Shown here: in pieces, positions 27,056-36,729 of the stretch
How the letters are laid out: each line of letters opens with the position of its first letter
Position numbering within the stretch: position 1 is the stretch's first letter
Origin: Acidobacteriota bacterium
GTDB lineage: Bacteria > Acidobacteriota > Thermoanaerobaculia > Thermoanaerobaculales > Sulfomarinibacteraceae
Reading direction: 5' to 3'
Assembly (NCBI GenBank): GCA_013152895.1
Contig: JAADFN010000032.1
Location: 1 to 55,892, forward strand
DNA length: 55,892 nt
The notes under the pieces: generated by a model
Database searches by the model: none
The model's input: only the letters and a program-made list of their open reading frames with translations
Told to the model about the DNA's origin: nothing
Made by a program: the position numbers and the translations under genes

Positions 27056-28834
27056 GTGCGCAGGTGGGGTGCGACGCTGCTCCTGCTGGGGGCAACAGCA
27101 CTCGTCCCGCGAGCAGCTTACGCCCAGCTCTTTGGTCAGTGGTCCTGGAACGCCCTGCTGAGCTTGGAGCAACGTTCCTTCCTGACCGAGACGAAAGGGA
27201 GCGCCTTGACCGATTACAAGGAACGCGGCTTCCGCCTGGATTTGGGCATGAATGGTTTTATCATCCATCCGGCCATCGCCCGCTTCCGCCTCGGCCTCGA
27301 CACCTTGGTTTCCAACTATACGGGAACGGCGGCCCCGGACAACAAACGCTGGGGACTGCACGCGCAGCTCACCCTTCTGCCGTACAGCCGGTACCCCACC
27401 TATTTCCACCTGACCCGCACCCGGTACAACTACACGCTGAATTCCGAGGATCCACTGGCAACGACCGGCCTTGCCGATACGACGAGGAACTGGGGGGCGA
27501 GGATCCGCTTTCGCGGCGGGCTCCTCCGCGGCCTGGCGGCCAGCACTGACCGAACGGACACGAGCTTTGTCGACCCCGCGGTCCGCAACGAGGTCTTTCT
27601 CCGCCAGTACCTGGACTGGGCCGGTGCCTCCGGGCGGATCAACCACCACTACCGCCTCGAACGGCAGTACCGCCGCTACGGCCGGACTCGCTATACCACC
27701 GACGACTACACCCTGACGGTGGACGAGCACGGCCTCCTCTCGGACCGCTGGCGCTGGGACCTCAGCGGTGTCGGCTTTCACCGCAGCTTCGATTACGAGA
27801 ACACCAACAACACGGTGGACACGGCCCGGCTTCGGAATCGCATCGTCTACACGACACATCGTGATGACCTCATAGATCTCTCGTATACCGGTGGTTTTAG
27901 CCATGCCAAGGCCGGGCGCACCGCGACGACCAATGCAGTGACCGCTCGCTACGTCTGGAACGCCGCGAGCGGCCTGCAGGTGACTCCCACGGTGAGCTAC
28001 TCCGTGCAACATGCGGGTGACACAACTGTCAACGCACCGGCGACCGGAGTCAGCCTGTCGTGGAGCCACATCGCGGACCGGTACGACCTCAGTCTCAACG
28101 GGGGCTTAAGCGGCGCGTGGATCGACACGTCCTGGAATGACGGCTCGCAGAAAACAACCGTGATGGCCTGGACCGCGGGTTCCACGGTCGGAACCGGATC
28201 AGAAGATCACGTGCGGGCCGAGCTGGACCTGTCTCTGGCCCACAACGAGCTGCGCACCGTTGGCGACGCCCTGGTGGAGCTCCCCGATCTCGGCACGGAG
28301 TACGAGCGCATCGGCCTCCAGAACAGCTTCCGGAGCCGCCTGACCCTGCGCCGCCGCATTCGCCGATGGCATCTCAGCACCTACCTGGAGCACCGGCATC
28401 GTGAGCAGGAGAGCGCGCGGATCAATCCGGTCCGTGTGAGCTCCAACATCCTGGACGTCACTCTCAGCGGACCCGGCATCGGGTTCACCCTCGACACCGG
28501 CAAGACCCAGGGGCGTTCTGGATTTCAGCAGGATGTGAGCTTCTTCGCTGCGAATATTCACTGGATGCCGCTCCGGTACCTGACGCTGAGATCCACGTAC
28601 CTGACCAACGTGAGCAACGTCTCCCAAGGGCCCGACATCCATCTCCAGCGGATCGAGGGGACCGCCCAGCTCCACTTCGGGCGCTACACCCTCGATGCCA
28701 AGTTGTGGGACCAGACGGAGACGATCGAAGGGAGCCTGCAGCGAACGCGGGGAGTGCTCCTGACCTTCTCCGCCCGCTTCGCCGGATGGCTCCCCTTCGT
28801 CAGCGCTCCACAGCGGCGGGGGATCATCCGATGA
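27056..28834 (+). CDS. Predicted outer-membrane beta-barrel protein (candidate porin or secretion channel)
   Basis: Signal peptide (..AYA); long run of amphipathic alternating strands rich in Y/W/R/T; position within the cytochrome operon. Confidence 0.7.
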   Translation: MRRWGATLLLLGATALVPRAAYAQLFGQWSWNALLSLEQRSFLTETKGSALTDYKERGFRLDLGMNGFIIHPAIARFRLGLDTLVSNYTGTAAPDNKRWGLHAQLTLLPYSRYPTYFHLTRTRYNYTLNSEDPLATTGLADTTRNWGARIRFRGGLLRGLAASTDRTDTSFVDPAVRNEVFLRQYLDWAGASGRINHHYRLERQYRRYGRTRYTTDDYTLTVDEHGLLSDRWRWDLSGVGFHRSFDYENTNNTVDTARLRNRIVYTTHRDDLIDLSYTGGFSHAKAGRTATTNAVTARYVWNAASGLQVTPTVSYSVQHAGDTTVNAPATGVSLSWSHIADRYDLSLNGGLSGAWIDTSWNDGSQKTTVMAWTAGSTVGTGSEDHVRAELDLSLAHNELRTVGDALVELPDLGTEYERIGLQNSFRSRLTLRRRIRRWHLSTYLEHRHREQESARINPVRVSSNILDVTLSGPGIGFTLDTGKTQGRSGFQQDVSFFAANIHWMPLRYLTLRSTYLTNVSNVSQGPDIHLQRIEGTAQLHFGRYTLDAKLWDQTETIEGSLQRTRGVLLTFSARFAGWLPFVSAPQRRGIIR

Positions 28835-29817
28835 GGAGATTGGCGTGGCTCCTGGTGGCTGCCGGGGCGCTGGCGGGCGCCTGCACCGTGGTCCATCACG
28901 CACCATCGGCCCACGAGGGGGCCGGGGTCCGGTTGTGGCCGGCGGAGCACCCGCGTATCGAGCTCGTCCGGGTTCTCGGTGTCCGGGGTGACCTGCGCGG
29001 TGGCGGGCTCCTGCGTTGGCTCCGGGGCGGACGCAAGGATCCACTCTTCGCCAGGCCTTACGGCGTGGCCTGGGATGGCGAGGCGCTCCTCGTGGCTGAT
29101 CCCGGGGCTGCCCGAGTCCTGAGGATCGCGCCGGGCGGCGGCATCCGCCAGAGCAAGGAGGGCCTCTTCGTGGCGCCAGTGGCCCTGGCCGCCTGCGAGG
29201 GAGGCATCGTCGTCACCGATCCGGCGGCCGGAAGCGTCGCCCTCCTCGACCGTGACCTCCGGCTTTCCCGCTGGCTGGCTCGCGATCTCCAGCGCCCCAC
29301 GGGCGTGGCGTGCGTGGGTCCCCATGTCTACGTGCTGGAGACCGGCGCCCACCGGCTGGTGGAGATCCGGGATCAAGCCGTGGTTCCCGTGCTCGGAGGG
29401 CGGGGAGATGGACCCGGACAGTTCAACTTCCCCACGGCCCTGACGGCCGACGGGTCCACCCTCTGGGTGGGTGATACGCTTAATTTCCGGGTCGTGAGGG
29501 TGGATCCGGCGAGCCGCCAGGTCCTGGAGACCTTCGGAACCCTGGGTGATTCCCCGGGAGAGATGCCCCGGCTCAAGGGGCTGGCGGTCGATCGGGAGGG
29601 ACGCCTGTGGATCAGTGACGGTCTTCTTGACCAGATCGCCCTGTACACCCGGGGAGGAACGTACCTCATGTCGATCGGACGACACGGAAGCGCTCCGGGT
29701 GAGCTGAGCTTCCCCGCCGGGCTCGCCACCGGGCCACACGGACGGGTCGTGGTGGCCGATTCCCTCAACCGGAGGCTCCAGGTTTTCGCGCCCGTCCCAA
29801 CGGAGGCAATGCCATGA
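28831..29817 (+). CDS. NHL-repeat beta-propeller lipoprotein (paralog of 23700-24759)
   Basis: Lipobox LAGAC, LWPAEHPRIEL, GQFNFPTAL, GELSFPAGLA, VADSLNRRLQVF; ATGA overlap. Confidence 0.88.
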   Translation: MRRLAWLLVAAGALAGACTVVHHAPSAHEGAGVRLWPAEHPRIELVRVLGVRGDLRGGGLLRWLRGGRKDPLFARPYGVAWDGEALLVADPGAARVLRIAPGGGIRQSKEGLFVAPVALAACEGGIVVTDPAAGSVALLDRDLRLSRWLARDLQRPTGVACVGPHVYVLETGAHRLVEIRDQAVVPVLGGRGDGPGQFNFPTALTADGSTLWVGDTLNFRVVRVDPASRQVLETFGTLGDSPGEMPRLKGLAVDREGRLWISDGLLDQIALYTRGGTYLMSIGRHGSAPGELSFPAGLATGPHGRVVVADSLNRRLQVFAPVPTEAMP

Positions 29818-30512
29818 ACGGCCCACAACGATCGTCCCGATTTCTGGCGGCCGGCCTGGTTGTGTGCCTGTGGACCGTGCTGCCCAGCCCTGCGGTGGCC
29901 CAGCAGCGGGTCGCAGACACGCTCCACAACCTCTCGGTCAGTGGCCCCGGCGCGATTCATTCGGTCAGCGAGACGCAAGTGTGCAAGTTCTGCCACATCC
30001 CGCACAACGCCGTCGTCCCCCATCCCCTCTGGGGGCACACCCTTTCCTCGGCCGACTACCGCGTACCCGACGTGATTTCGCCCTCGGGAGGAAAGCTGCC
30101 AGCGCCCCAACCCGACGGCTCCTCCCGGCTCTGCCTGTCCTGCCACGACGGTACGGTGGCGCTCGGCGACCTGGGCGGGAAACGGCCCATCCCCATGCTG
30201 GGGAGCCAGCGCCTGACCCCCGGACGGCGCGGTTTCATCGGCACGGATCTCAGCGGAAGCCATCCCATCTCTTTCGTCGTTCGTGACGCTACCGGTGCCC
30301 GTGGCGCGGCAACTGAACGGGACATGGGGCTCCGTCCCCTTTCCTCCATCACGGCAGATCCGGACGTCCGGCTGGACGCCATGGGAAAGATGCAGTGCAC
30401 CACCTGCCACGATCCCCATAGCGATCAGTATTACAAAAAGGGCCAGGTCCCCCACTTCTGGGTCAAGCCGACGGTCCAGGAGGTCTGTATCACATGCCAC
30501 GCCCTCCGGTAA
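29814..30512 (+). CDS. Second OmcE-like tetraheme cytochrome c
   Basis: Signal peptide, LHNLS, CKFCHIPH, PLWGH, SRLCLSCHDG, IGTDLSGSHP, QCTTCHDPH, CITCH. Confidence 0.87.
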   Translation: MNGPQRSSRFLAAGLVVCLWTVLPSPAVAQQRVADTLHNLSVSGPGAIHSVSETQVCKFCHIPHNAVVPHPLWGHTLSSADYRVPDVISPSGGKLPAPQPDGSSRLCLSCHDGTVALGDLGGKRPIPMLGSQRLTPGRRGFIGTDLSGSHPISFVVRDATGARGAATERDMGLRPLSSITADPDVRLDAMGKMQCTTCHDPHSDQYYKKGQVPHFWVKPTVQEVCITCHALR

Positions 30513-31714
30513 TCGCACCGTTTCTCGCGTTTCTCCTGGGTGTCGCGGCTCTCGCTGCCGGCCAGACGCCCCACATGGACCCCAGCCGCGTGCCCGGGTC
30601 GTGCATGGCCTGCCACATGGGTCACGGGGTCAGCGGCTCACCCATGCTCTCCGAGCCGGTTGACGCCGTCTGTCTGCGCTGCCACGGAACCCTCAGCGAT
30701 CGCAACCGCATGATCATGGAAGGATTGCTGGCCGGTGACGCCACGCCCCTGTCTTTGAGCTCAGTCCTCGCCCAGCCGTACACCCACCCGCTCGATGCCT
30801 CCGCCACCTCGGCCGAAACTGCTTCCACGGCCACCTGTACCTCGTGTCACGCACCACACCGTGGGTTCGAGGGCGCCGGGAACCAGCCGGCCGGCATACC
30901 GAAACGCTCCCCGAAAAACCCGAACCGCTTCGAGTATCAGCTCTGTGAGGGGTGCCATGGCAGTGCAGGCGCCACCACCACGAGCGTCTCCGATATCAGC
31001 CGGCTCTTTTACCCTGGTAACGCTTCCTACCACCCGGTAGAGGCGCCAGCCAACGACAGCTCCCCCTCCGTCATCGCATCACTGAGGGGCAAGCAGATCA
31101 GCTGTACGGATTGCCACGGCAACAGCAACCCGGCCGGGCCCCGGGGTCCTCACGGGTCCGCCGTACAGTACATCCTACGCCTCAATTATGTGACAACGGA
31201 TGGACCGGAAAGCCCGAACGCCTACGCCCTGTGCTACGCCTGCCACGATCGCAAGAAGGTGCTCGACAGTACGGCATTCCCGGAGCACGGCGAGCACATC
31301 GTGAAGATCGGGGCCTCCTGCGCCACCTGCCACAATCCGCACGGCTCCGTGATCAACCGAGCCCTGATCCGTTTTGGCGAGGAAACCATCATCTCGGGAG
31401 TGGCACCGTCACCCTCGACGGGCCGGCTCGCCTTCGTGTCGACGGGCCCAGGGTCCGGGGCGTGCTACCTGCTCTGCCACGGGAAGGACCACGGTCCGGC
31501 GACGTACGGATCGGTGAGCCTTCAGCGCCTCCAAAGAAGGATGGCGCCCGGGCCGTCCCGGGTTCCAGCAGAGACGACGCTCCCTTCACGAAGGGTCCTG
31601 AGGGGTTCGGGCGTTTCTCCACGCAAGCACAACCCCCAGGATGATACCGAGCCGCACGGCCGACCCCCAGTCCACGCTCCCGCTCCCGTGCGCCACCAGG
31701 CTCCACAGGAATGA
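30494..31714 (+). CDS. Multiheme cytochrome c (7 CXXCH + CX3CH)
   Basis: Signal peptide; CMACH, CLRCH, CTSCH, CEGCH, CTDCH, CYACH, CATCH, CYLLCH. Confidence 0.88.
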   Translation: MPRPPVIAPFLAFLLGVAALAAGQTPHMDPSRVPGSCMACHMGHGVSGSPMLSEPVDAVCLRCHGTLSDRNRMIMEGLLAGDATPLSLSSVLAQPYTHPLDASATSAETASTATCTSCHAPHRGFEGAGNQPAGIPKRSPKNPNRFEYQLCEGCHGSAGATTTSVSDISRLFYPGNASYHPVEAPANDSSPSVIASLRGKQISCTDCHGNSNPAGPRGPHGSAVQYILRLNYVTTDGPESPNAYALCYACHDRKKVLDSTAFPEHGEHIVKIGASCATCHNPHGSVINRALIRFGEETIISGVAPSPSTGRLAFVSTGPGSGACYLLCHGKDHGPATYGSVSLQRLQRRMAPGPSRVPAETTLPSRRVLRGSGVSPRKHNPQDDTEPHGRPPVHAPAPVRHQAPQE

Positions 31715-31786
31715 AACCGCCGCCGTCACCACGAAAGTCAATGAAAAAAAGAGTGCAAACTCCCGGAACGATCTAAGGGCGTTCAT
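31586..31786 (-). CDS. Small two-helix membrane protein
   Basis: GGAGG RBS + ATG; FALFFSLTFVVTAAVSFLWSLV and AVRLGIILGVVLAW hydrophobic segments; overlaps the low-complexity tail of the cytochrome gene. Confidence 0.6.
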   Translation of the reverse strand: MNALRSFREFALFFSLTFVVTAAVSFLWSLVAHGSGSVDWGSAVRLGIILGVVLAWRNARTPQDPS

Positions 31787-31905
31787 GGTGTGTCCTCCTC
31801 GATCCCCTTTCTTCACAGAGGGATGCTATTCCAAGGTACGCACCGCCGCGGAAAAGATTCCGACCTGACAACGGTGTTCCCAGTGTTCCCAGGTATCCTA
31901 CCAGT

Positions 31906-32110
31906 ATGGCGAGGCGGCTTCTCGTGGTTCAGGATGGCGTGCGCAGAATGATCGCGGGCGCCTCGCGGATCACGATCCCAACGTGGCGGTGGTTCACCAT
32001 CCGGATCGTCCAGAAGGGCGACCACATCGAGGGTTGGCTCGACGGGAAGAAGCTCCCGGATGTCCACAACACGACGTTGAGCAAGGCCGGCGGAGCCGGT
32101 CGCTCCTCCC
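31906..32110 (+). pseudogene. Probable remnant of a DUF1080/concanavalin-like domain gene
   Basis: WFTIRIVQKGDHIEGWLDGKKL.DVH.TTLSKAGG resembles the C-terminal strands of that family; no N-terminal part is visible. Confidence 0.45.
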
Positions 32111-32152
32111 CCACATTGCGCACGTGCCAGCGTGGCGGCAGCTCGACCTTCG

Positions 32153-32890
32153 TCACGGCGATCCCTCGAGCGTCCGCTGGAGCCTTGCAAACAGCGGGGT
32201 CAACCGGTCGGGGTCGCCCGTCGCGGCGAGGATGACCCGGTAAAGCACCCCGACGTCCGTGTGTCCGAACGAGGTCGCGGCAGCCCACCGGGGTTTCGTG
32301 TCCGCGATCAGGCGGTCCAGGGCGTGACCCGCCTCCGGATCGAAGCCTTCGGGGTCGACGAGCTGGCCGAGACGCCGGGATACCGGCAGCGTCAGCCAGA
32401 GATGCGTGCACCGCTCCGCATCCCGGTGGGAGAACGCACGTTCGAGACGGTGGGCCAGCCGCTGGAGGCTGGGACCGACCGCGATCAGCCGCGGCTCACC
32501 GTCCCAGCGTTGACGAACGACGAGGTTGTACACGTCATCGGGACGGCGCAGCGTTTCGGCGACGCGGACCAACGTGTCGATGAGATCCGTCCGGACCCGG
32601 GCCTCGTCCGCCAACGGCGCGTCGATCTCAAGATCCAGGCGCCACGACTCATCTCCGGCGATCGCGCCGGCTTCGCGCCGCGACGCACCGTGGCCGGACG
32701 CCCCCGCGAGCTGCCAGCGAACATGGCAACCCCGGCCACGACGCGAGGCACGCACGGTGCGGACGAGCGCAGCCCAGGGGGCGAGAAGCACGAGGAACAC
32801 GGCGCCGGCCGCGGCCCGCAGGCATCCCCCCCGCGGTGGTTTCCCCGCTGCATCACACCGTTCCGGTTGGCGCAGCGCGCCTTCAGTCAT
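32153..32890 (-). CDS. Hypothetical membrane-anchored protein, last gene of the ccm operon
   Basis: ATG overlaps the ccmF stop; one N-terminal hydrophobic helix (AVFLVLLAPWAALV). Confidence 0.55.
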   Translation of the reverse strand: MTEGALRQPERCDAAGKPPRGGCLRAAAGAVFLVLLAPWAALVRTVRASRRGRGCHVRWQLAGASGHGASRREAGAIAGDESWRLDLEIDAPLADEARVRTDLIDTLVRVAETLRRPDDVYNLVVRQRWDGEPRLIAVGPSLQRLAHRLERAFSHRDAERCTHLWLTLPVSRRLGQLVDPEGFDPEAGHALDRLIADTKPRWAAATSFGHTDVGVLYRVILAATGDPDRLTPLFARLQRTLEGSP

Positions 32891-35426
32891 CCCTGAGCGG
32901 AATCGAGGCAATGTCTCTCCGGCGGTAGACCATCGCAAGAAAGATGCCCAGGATGAGGATGATGGTTCCTATCCACACCAGGGAAATGCCAGGCTTCGTC
33001 GAGACGTCCAGCACGAGGCTCGGCCGCGCCGGCGGCTGGGGCGGAAGGGACGGATCGTAGAGCTCGAGCTCGACGGCCCCCCCGTTGGCGTCGATCTTTC
33101 CGAGCGTCAGGGCGAGGCCCCCGCTCCCGGGAATCCCGGCTGGAATCACCCGTTCGGAGGACGCGGTGTCCTTGAGATACTTCGGTTCCAGCGCGTACGT
33201 CTTCCCCTCCCGCGTGACCTTGAGCTTGACGCCGATGTGAATCCGTCCGGCCTCGGGTTTGAAGTCGGAGAGATCGAACCCCTCGAACGTCGCCGTGACG
33301 CCGTCGTATTTCAAGCTCTGGCCCACTCGAAGCAATGCCTTACGCGCGATGCCACCGCCAAGACCGAGGAGCTGAACTCTGATGACGCCCGAATTCGCAT
33401 CCATCCCGCTGAGCCGAATCTTGCCGGCGCCGGTGCCTGGGATCGTCACCGGGACCGCCTGGACCCCCTTGTTCGTCGAGATGATCGAGGGCTCGACCTT
33501 CACCGGCTTCTCGCCGGGGCGGTCGATCTCGACGACAGCGCCGACGGTGATCGCATTCGGAACGGCATTCTGACGGGACAGGTCGAACCCCTTGAAAACC
33601 ACGTGCCAGCTCCTGAAAGCGACCGGCCGATCCTTCGCCAACCTTAGCGTGCCACTGACGGGCGCTTCCTCCCCCGGATCGTACTGGGCCGGCGCCAGGT
33701 AAAGATCGCCCATGATAGATTTCTTGATATCCGGTTTGGCGACGAGCTGATTCGTCTTGCGGTTGATCCACATGTGCGGTTTGAGCACGTAGCTCTTGCC
33801 CTTGGGGGCCGTCACATCGACTACCATTGCATTGTGAGATTCTGGGGTCGACTGCTCAACACCCTTGAAGGTCAGCGTATAACCGAGCACCTTCGTCGGA
33901 TGACCCTCGACGAGCCGGAGCTTCACCCTCTGCGAGTACACGCCCGAAACCAGGAAAGAAAGCAGCATGATCCCCACGCCGATGTGCGTCAGAGGCCCCC
34001 CCACCTCCTTCCAGCTCCCGTGGCGGACACCCCTGATGAGCTTGCTCGCGTTCGCGACGATGGCGAAGAAGGCAACGGCGACGTACGCAAGATAAAGCGG
34101 CTGCCGGGCACCCAGGACGGCTGCCAGCGCCGTGAGCAACGCCGTGATCCCGAGAACAACGGCCAGGCGCCGGCCGGCCTGACGCATCGGTCCCTTCCAC
34201 GTGAGGAAAGGGATGATCCCCAGGATCAACGCCAGGGCCATGGCCAAGGGCAGACCGACCCGGTTGTAGAAGCTCGGACCGACCTGGGCCGGCTTCGTGA
34301 AGAGCTCCGTAATCAACGGCGCCGACGTGCCGACGGCGACGAAAAGCCCCGTCGCCAGAAGCAGGAGAATGCCAATAACCGAGATTATGGTCAACGACCA
34401 GAACGGCTCCTCTCCGCTCTCGGCTGGAATCTCCTTCCAGCGTAACGCGAGCAGGCCGACGGAGATGATCAGGAAGAACGCGAGGTTGAAGACGAGCCAG
34501 GCCGTGATCCCGAGATTGACGAACGAGTGAACCGAGAAATTGGCCAGGACGCCGGACCGGGTCAGGAACGTTCCGTACACGACGAAGAGAAAACCCAGGA
34601 CGGCCAAGACGATGTTGAGACGCCGGAATCGCTTTCGCGCCCTTTGAAGCACAAGCCCGTGGGTCAGGGCTGCCGTCATCAGCCACGGGACCAGCGATGC
34701 GTTTTCAACGGGATCCCAACCCCAGTAGCCACCCCAGCCGAGCGTCTCGTACGACCAGTAGGCGCCAAGCATGATCGCCGCACCCAGGGTTACGAGGGCG
34801 AGAAGCACCCACGGCATCGAGGCCTTCGTCCACTCGTCGTACCGTCGCATCCACAGGGCCGCCATGGCGAACGCGAAGGGAACCGCCATCGCCGCGTAGC
34901 CGATGAACATGACCGGCGGATGGATGACCATCCACGGGTTCTGCAAGAGTGGATTGAGCCCGGCGCCGTCCAGCGGGATTCTCGCCGCCGTCAACCCCGG
35001 GTGGAAGTGGAACGGGTCCTGCTTCACCAGGAGCATGATCAGCGAAAGAACGGTCAGGTTGTAGAAAATCATGGCCCTCGACTCGTAATGCCGGGCGTAG
35101 CGCATCAGCGGCAGGCCCAGGAGCGAGGCGAAAAAGACCCACAGAAGGAAGCTTCCCTCCTGCCCCGCCCAGAAGCTCGAAACCAGGTATTGCCAGGACA
35201 GGGAATTGTCCGAATACGCCGTCACATACGAGAGGCGGTAATCGTGCGTCAAGAGCAGGTACATCAACAGGCCGGAGGCCGCAATCACGGCCACCGTCAT
35301 CAGCACGTAAGCTTGGTGCGCCGTCGTGCGCCAGCGATCCTCGCGCAGGGACAGGACATAGGCGACCGTTGACGCAATGCCGAAAAGCAATGCCGCCCAG
35401 AGCAGAATGGACCCAGGGTAGTACAT
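32883..35426 (-). CDS. ccmF: Cytochrome c heme lyase CcmF with an extended C-terminal periplasmic region
   Basis: FWAGQEGSFLLW, GLNPLLQNPWMVIHPP, WGGYWGWDPVENAS, FLTRSG..SVHSF, HIGV, KPGISLVWIG. Confidence 0.95.
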   Translation of the reverse strand: MYYPGSILLWAALLFGIASTVAYVLSLREDRWRTTAHQAYVLMTVAVIAASGLLMYLLLTHDYRLSYVTAYSDNSLSWQYLVSSFWAGQEGSFLLWVFFASLLGLPLMRYARHYESRAMIFYNLTVLSLIMLLVKQDPFHFHPGLTAARIPLDGAGLNPLLQNPWMVIHPPVMFIGYAAMAVPFAFAMAALWMRRYDEWTKASMPWVLLALVTLGAAIMLGAYWSYETLGWGGYWGWDPVENASLVPWLMTAALTHGLVLQRARKRFRRLNIVLAVLGFLFVVYGTFLTRSGVLANFSVHSFVNLGITAWLVFNLAFFLIISVGLLALRWKEIPAESGEEPFWSLTIISVIGILLLLATGLFVAVGTSAPLITELFTKPAQVGPSFYNRVGLPLAMALALILGIIPFLTWKGPMRQAGRRLAVVLGITALLTALAAVLGARQPLYLAYVAVAFFAIVANASKLIRGVRHGSWKEVGGPLTHIGVGIMLLSFLVSGVYSQRVKLRLVEGHPTKVLGYTLTFKGVEQSTPESHNAMVVDVTAPKGKSYVLKPHMWINRKTNQLVAKPDIKKSIMGDLYLAPAQYDPGEEAPVSGTLRLAKDRPVAFRSWHVVFKGFDLSRQNAVPNAITVGAVVEIDRPGEKPVKVEPSIISTNKGVQAVPVTIPGTGAGKIRLSGMDANSGVIRVQLLGLGGGIARKALLRVGQSLKYDGVTATFEGFDLSDFKPEAGRIHIGVKLKVTREGKTYALEPKYLKDTASSERVIPAGIPGSGGLALTLGKIDANGGAVELELYDPSLPPQPPARPSLVLDVSTKPGISLVWIGTIILILGIFLAMVYRRRDIASIPLRDD

Positions 35427-35527
35427 GAACCCCCCTCACATGCGGAATACCGCTCATCGGTTCAAATGATCACAACTCCGAATGTCATCAGCAACCAGGG
35501 ATATCGGGACTCGCCGAGGCCGCACTG

Positions 35528-35938
35528 TCATGAACCGCTCGTTGCACCCGGTTTTTCGAGCCCCTGGTACTTGGAAGGACACTTGACAAGCATCTGCGTG
35601 GCGTAGAACGCGCCGTTGTGGTACCTGCCGATGACGACGATTTCTTTCGCGTCCTCGAAATTCCCGGGTTTGACGCCCTTGTACAGAACGCGCATCTTCT
35701 CGCCGTGCTTGTTCATGATCATAAAACTGAGCTCGTTGGCGCCCTTGACAAAGCTCGAAGAGCCCCGGACCAGCTCGCCCGCGACCTGGACCTGCCGATG
35801 TCCCGACATCGCGTCGCCGAAGGACACGTACGGCGTCAGGTTTGACTTGAACGATGTCGCTCCGAACGCGATGAAGGCAATCAGGAGGACACCGCCGATG
35901 ACGTACCAGAGCTGCCGCTGTCTCTTCGGATCCTTCAC
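35528..35938 (-). CDS. ccmE: Heme chaperone CcmE, cysteine (CxxxY) type
   Basis: N-terminal TM, VLYKGVKPGNF, F.ATQMLVKCPSKY. Confidence 0.93.
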   Translation of the reverse strand: MKDPKRQRQLWYVIGGVLLIAFIAFGATSFKSNLTPYVSFGDAMSGHRQVQVAGELVRGSSSFVKGANELSFMIMNKHGEKMRVLYKGVKPGNFEDAKEIVVIGRYHNGAFYATQMLVKCPSKYQGLEKPGATSGS

Positions 35939-36048
35939 AGATCTTCCCTTTCCAGGCGCCTGACCTTGCGATCCAGGCGATAGATGTAGCTGAAGAGCCC
36001 CGCCCAGATAATAAGCGTGACCAACATGATTCCCAGCAGGTCATTCAT
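35935..36048 (-). CDS. ccmD: CcmD-family small membrane protein (37 aa; absent from the ORF track)
   Basis: MNDLLGIMLVTLIIWAGLFSYIYRLDRKVRRLEREDL; abuts the ccmC stop and has a GTGA overlap with ccmE. Confidence 0.85.
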   Translation of the reverse strand: MNDLLGIMLVTLIIWAGLFSYIYRLDRKVRRLEREDL

Positions 36049-36729
36049 TTACAGCACCTCCTGCTGCCTGCGCCGCCGGATCCTCTCGATCCGGCACGCC
36101 ACAGTGTACAACCAAACAAAGAGCCCGGAAAATCCCACAAGTGATCCCATGAGCACCTCGAACATCCGCGAGCCCATCTTGATCTTCGCCTGGGCGTTGA
36201 TGATGGTATCCGGGTGGAGCGACCAGTAGATCCTTGGCACGACGAAAACGAGGAACGGAACCGTGACGAACGCAAGGATCGAATAGACCGCCGCCAGGGA
36301 CGCCCGGCGCTCCGGATCGGCCACCGCGGCCCGGAGGGCGAAGTACGCCGCGTAGATCAGCAAAAGAAACGTAATCGACGTCTCCCGCGGATCCCAGTTC
36401 CAGTACGAGCCCCACATGATCCGCGCAAAGATCGATCCCGTCACCGTCGCGAGGATGGCGAAGAGCAGCCCGAGCGAGCTCGCAACCTCGGCGCGCACGT
36501 CATCGGCCATGGAACGGGTCCGCAAGTACCGGATCGAGGCGACGCACGAGACCAGAAATGCCAGAGTCGCAACCCACGCAATCGGCACGTGGAAGAATAC
36601 GATGCGGCTCGACTGTCCCTTGAAACCGGCTGCCGCCGGGGCGTAGAAGAACGCGGCCCAGATGATCACACCGATCCAGACGAAGAGGATCCACTTGAGG
36701 ACCTCCCCACGCGAGCGGCGGCTACTCAT
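36049..36729 (-). CDS. ccmC: Heme exporter CcmC
   Basis: RIVFFHVPIAW, WGSYWNWDPRET (WWD domain), SLHP. Confidence 0.95.
   Translation of the reverse strand: MSSRRSRGEVLKWILFVWIGVIIWAAFFYAPAAAGFKGQSSRIVFFHVPIAWVATLAFLVSCVASIRYLRTRSMADDVRAEVASSLGLLFAILATVTGSIFARIMWGSYWNWDPRETSITFLLLIYAAYFALRAAVADPERRASLAAVYSILAFVTVPFLVFVVPRIYWSLHPDTIINAQAKIKMGSRMFEVLMGSLVGFSGLFVWLYTVACRIERIRRRRQQEVL

Noticed and set aside
13437-28069. Long opposite-strand ORFs (13437-15197, 16520-18466, 19586-21058, 21750-24677, 25460-28069)
   Set aside because: Each mirrors a well-supported gene on the other strand and has no recognisable motifs.
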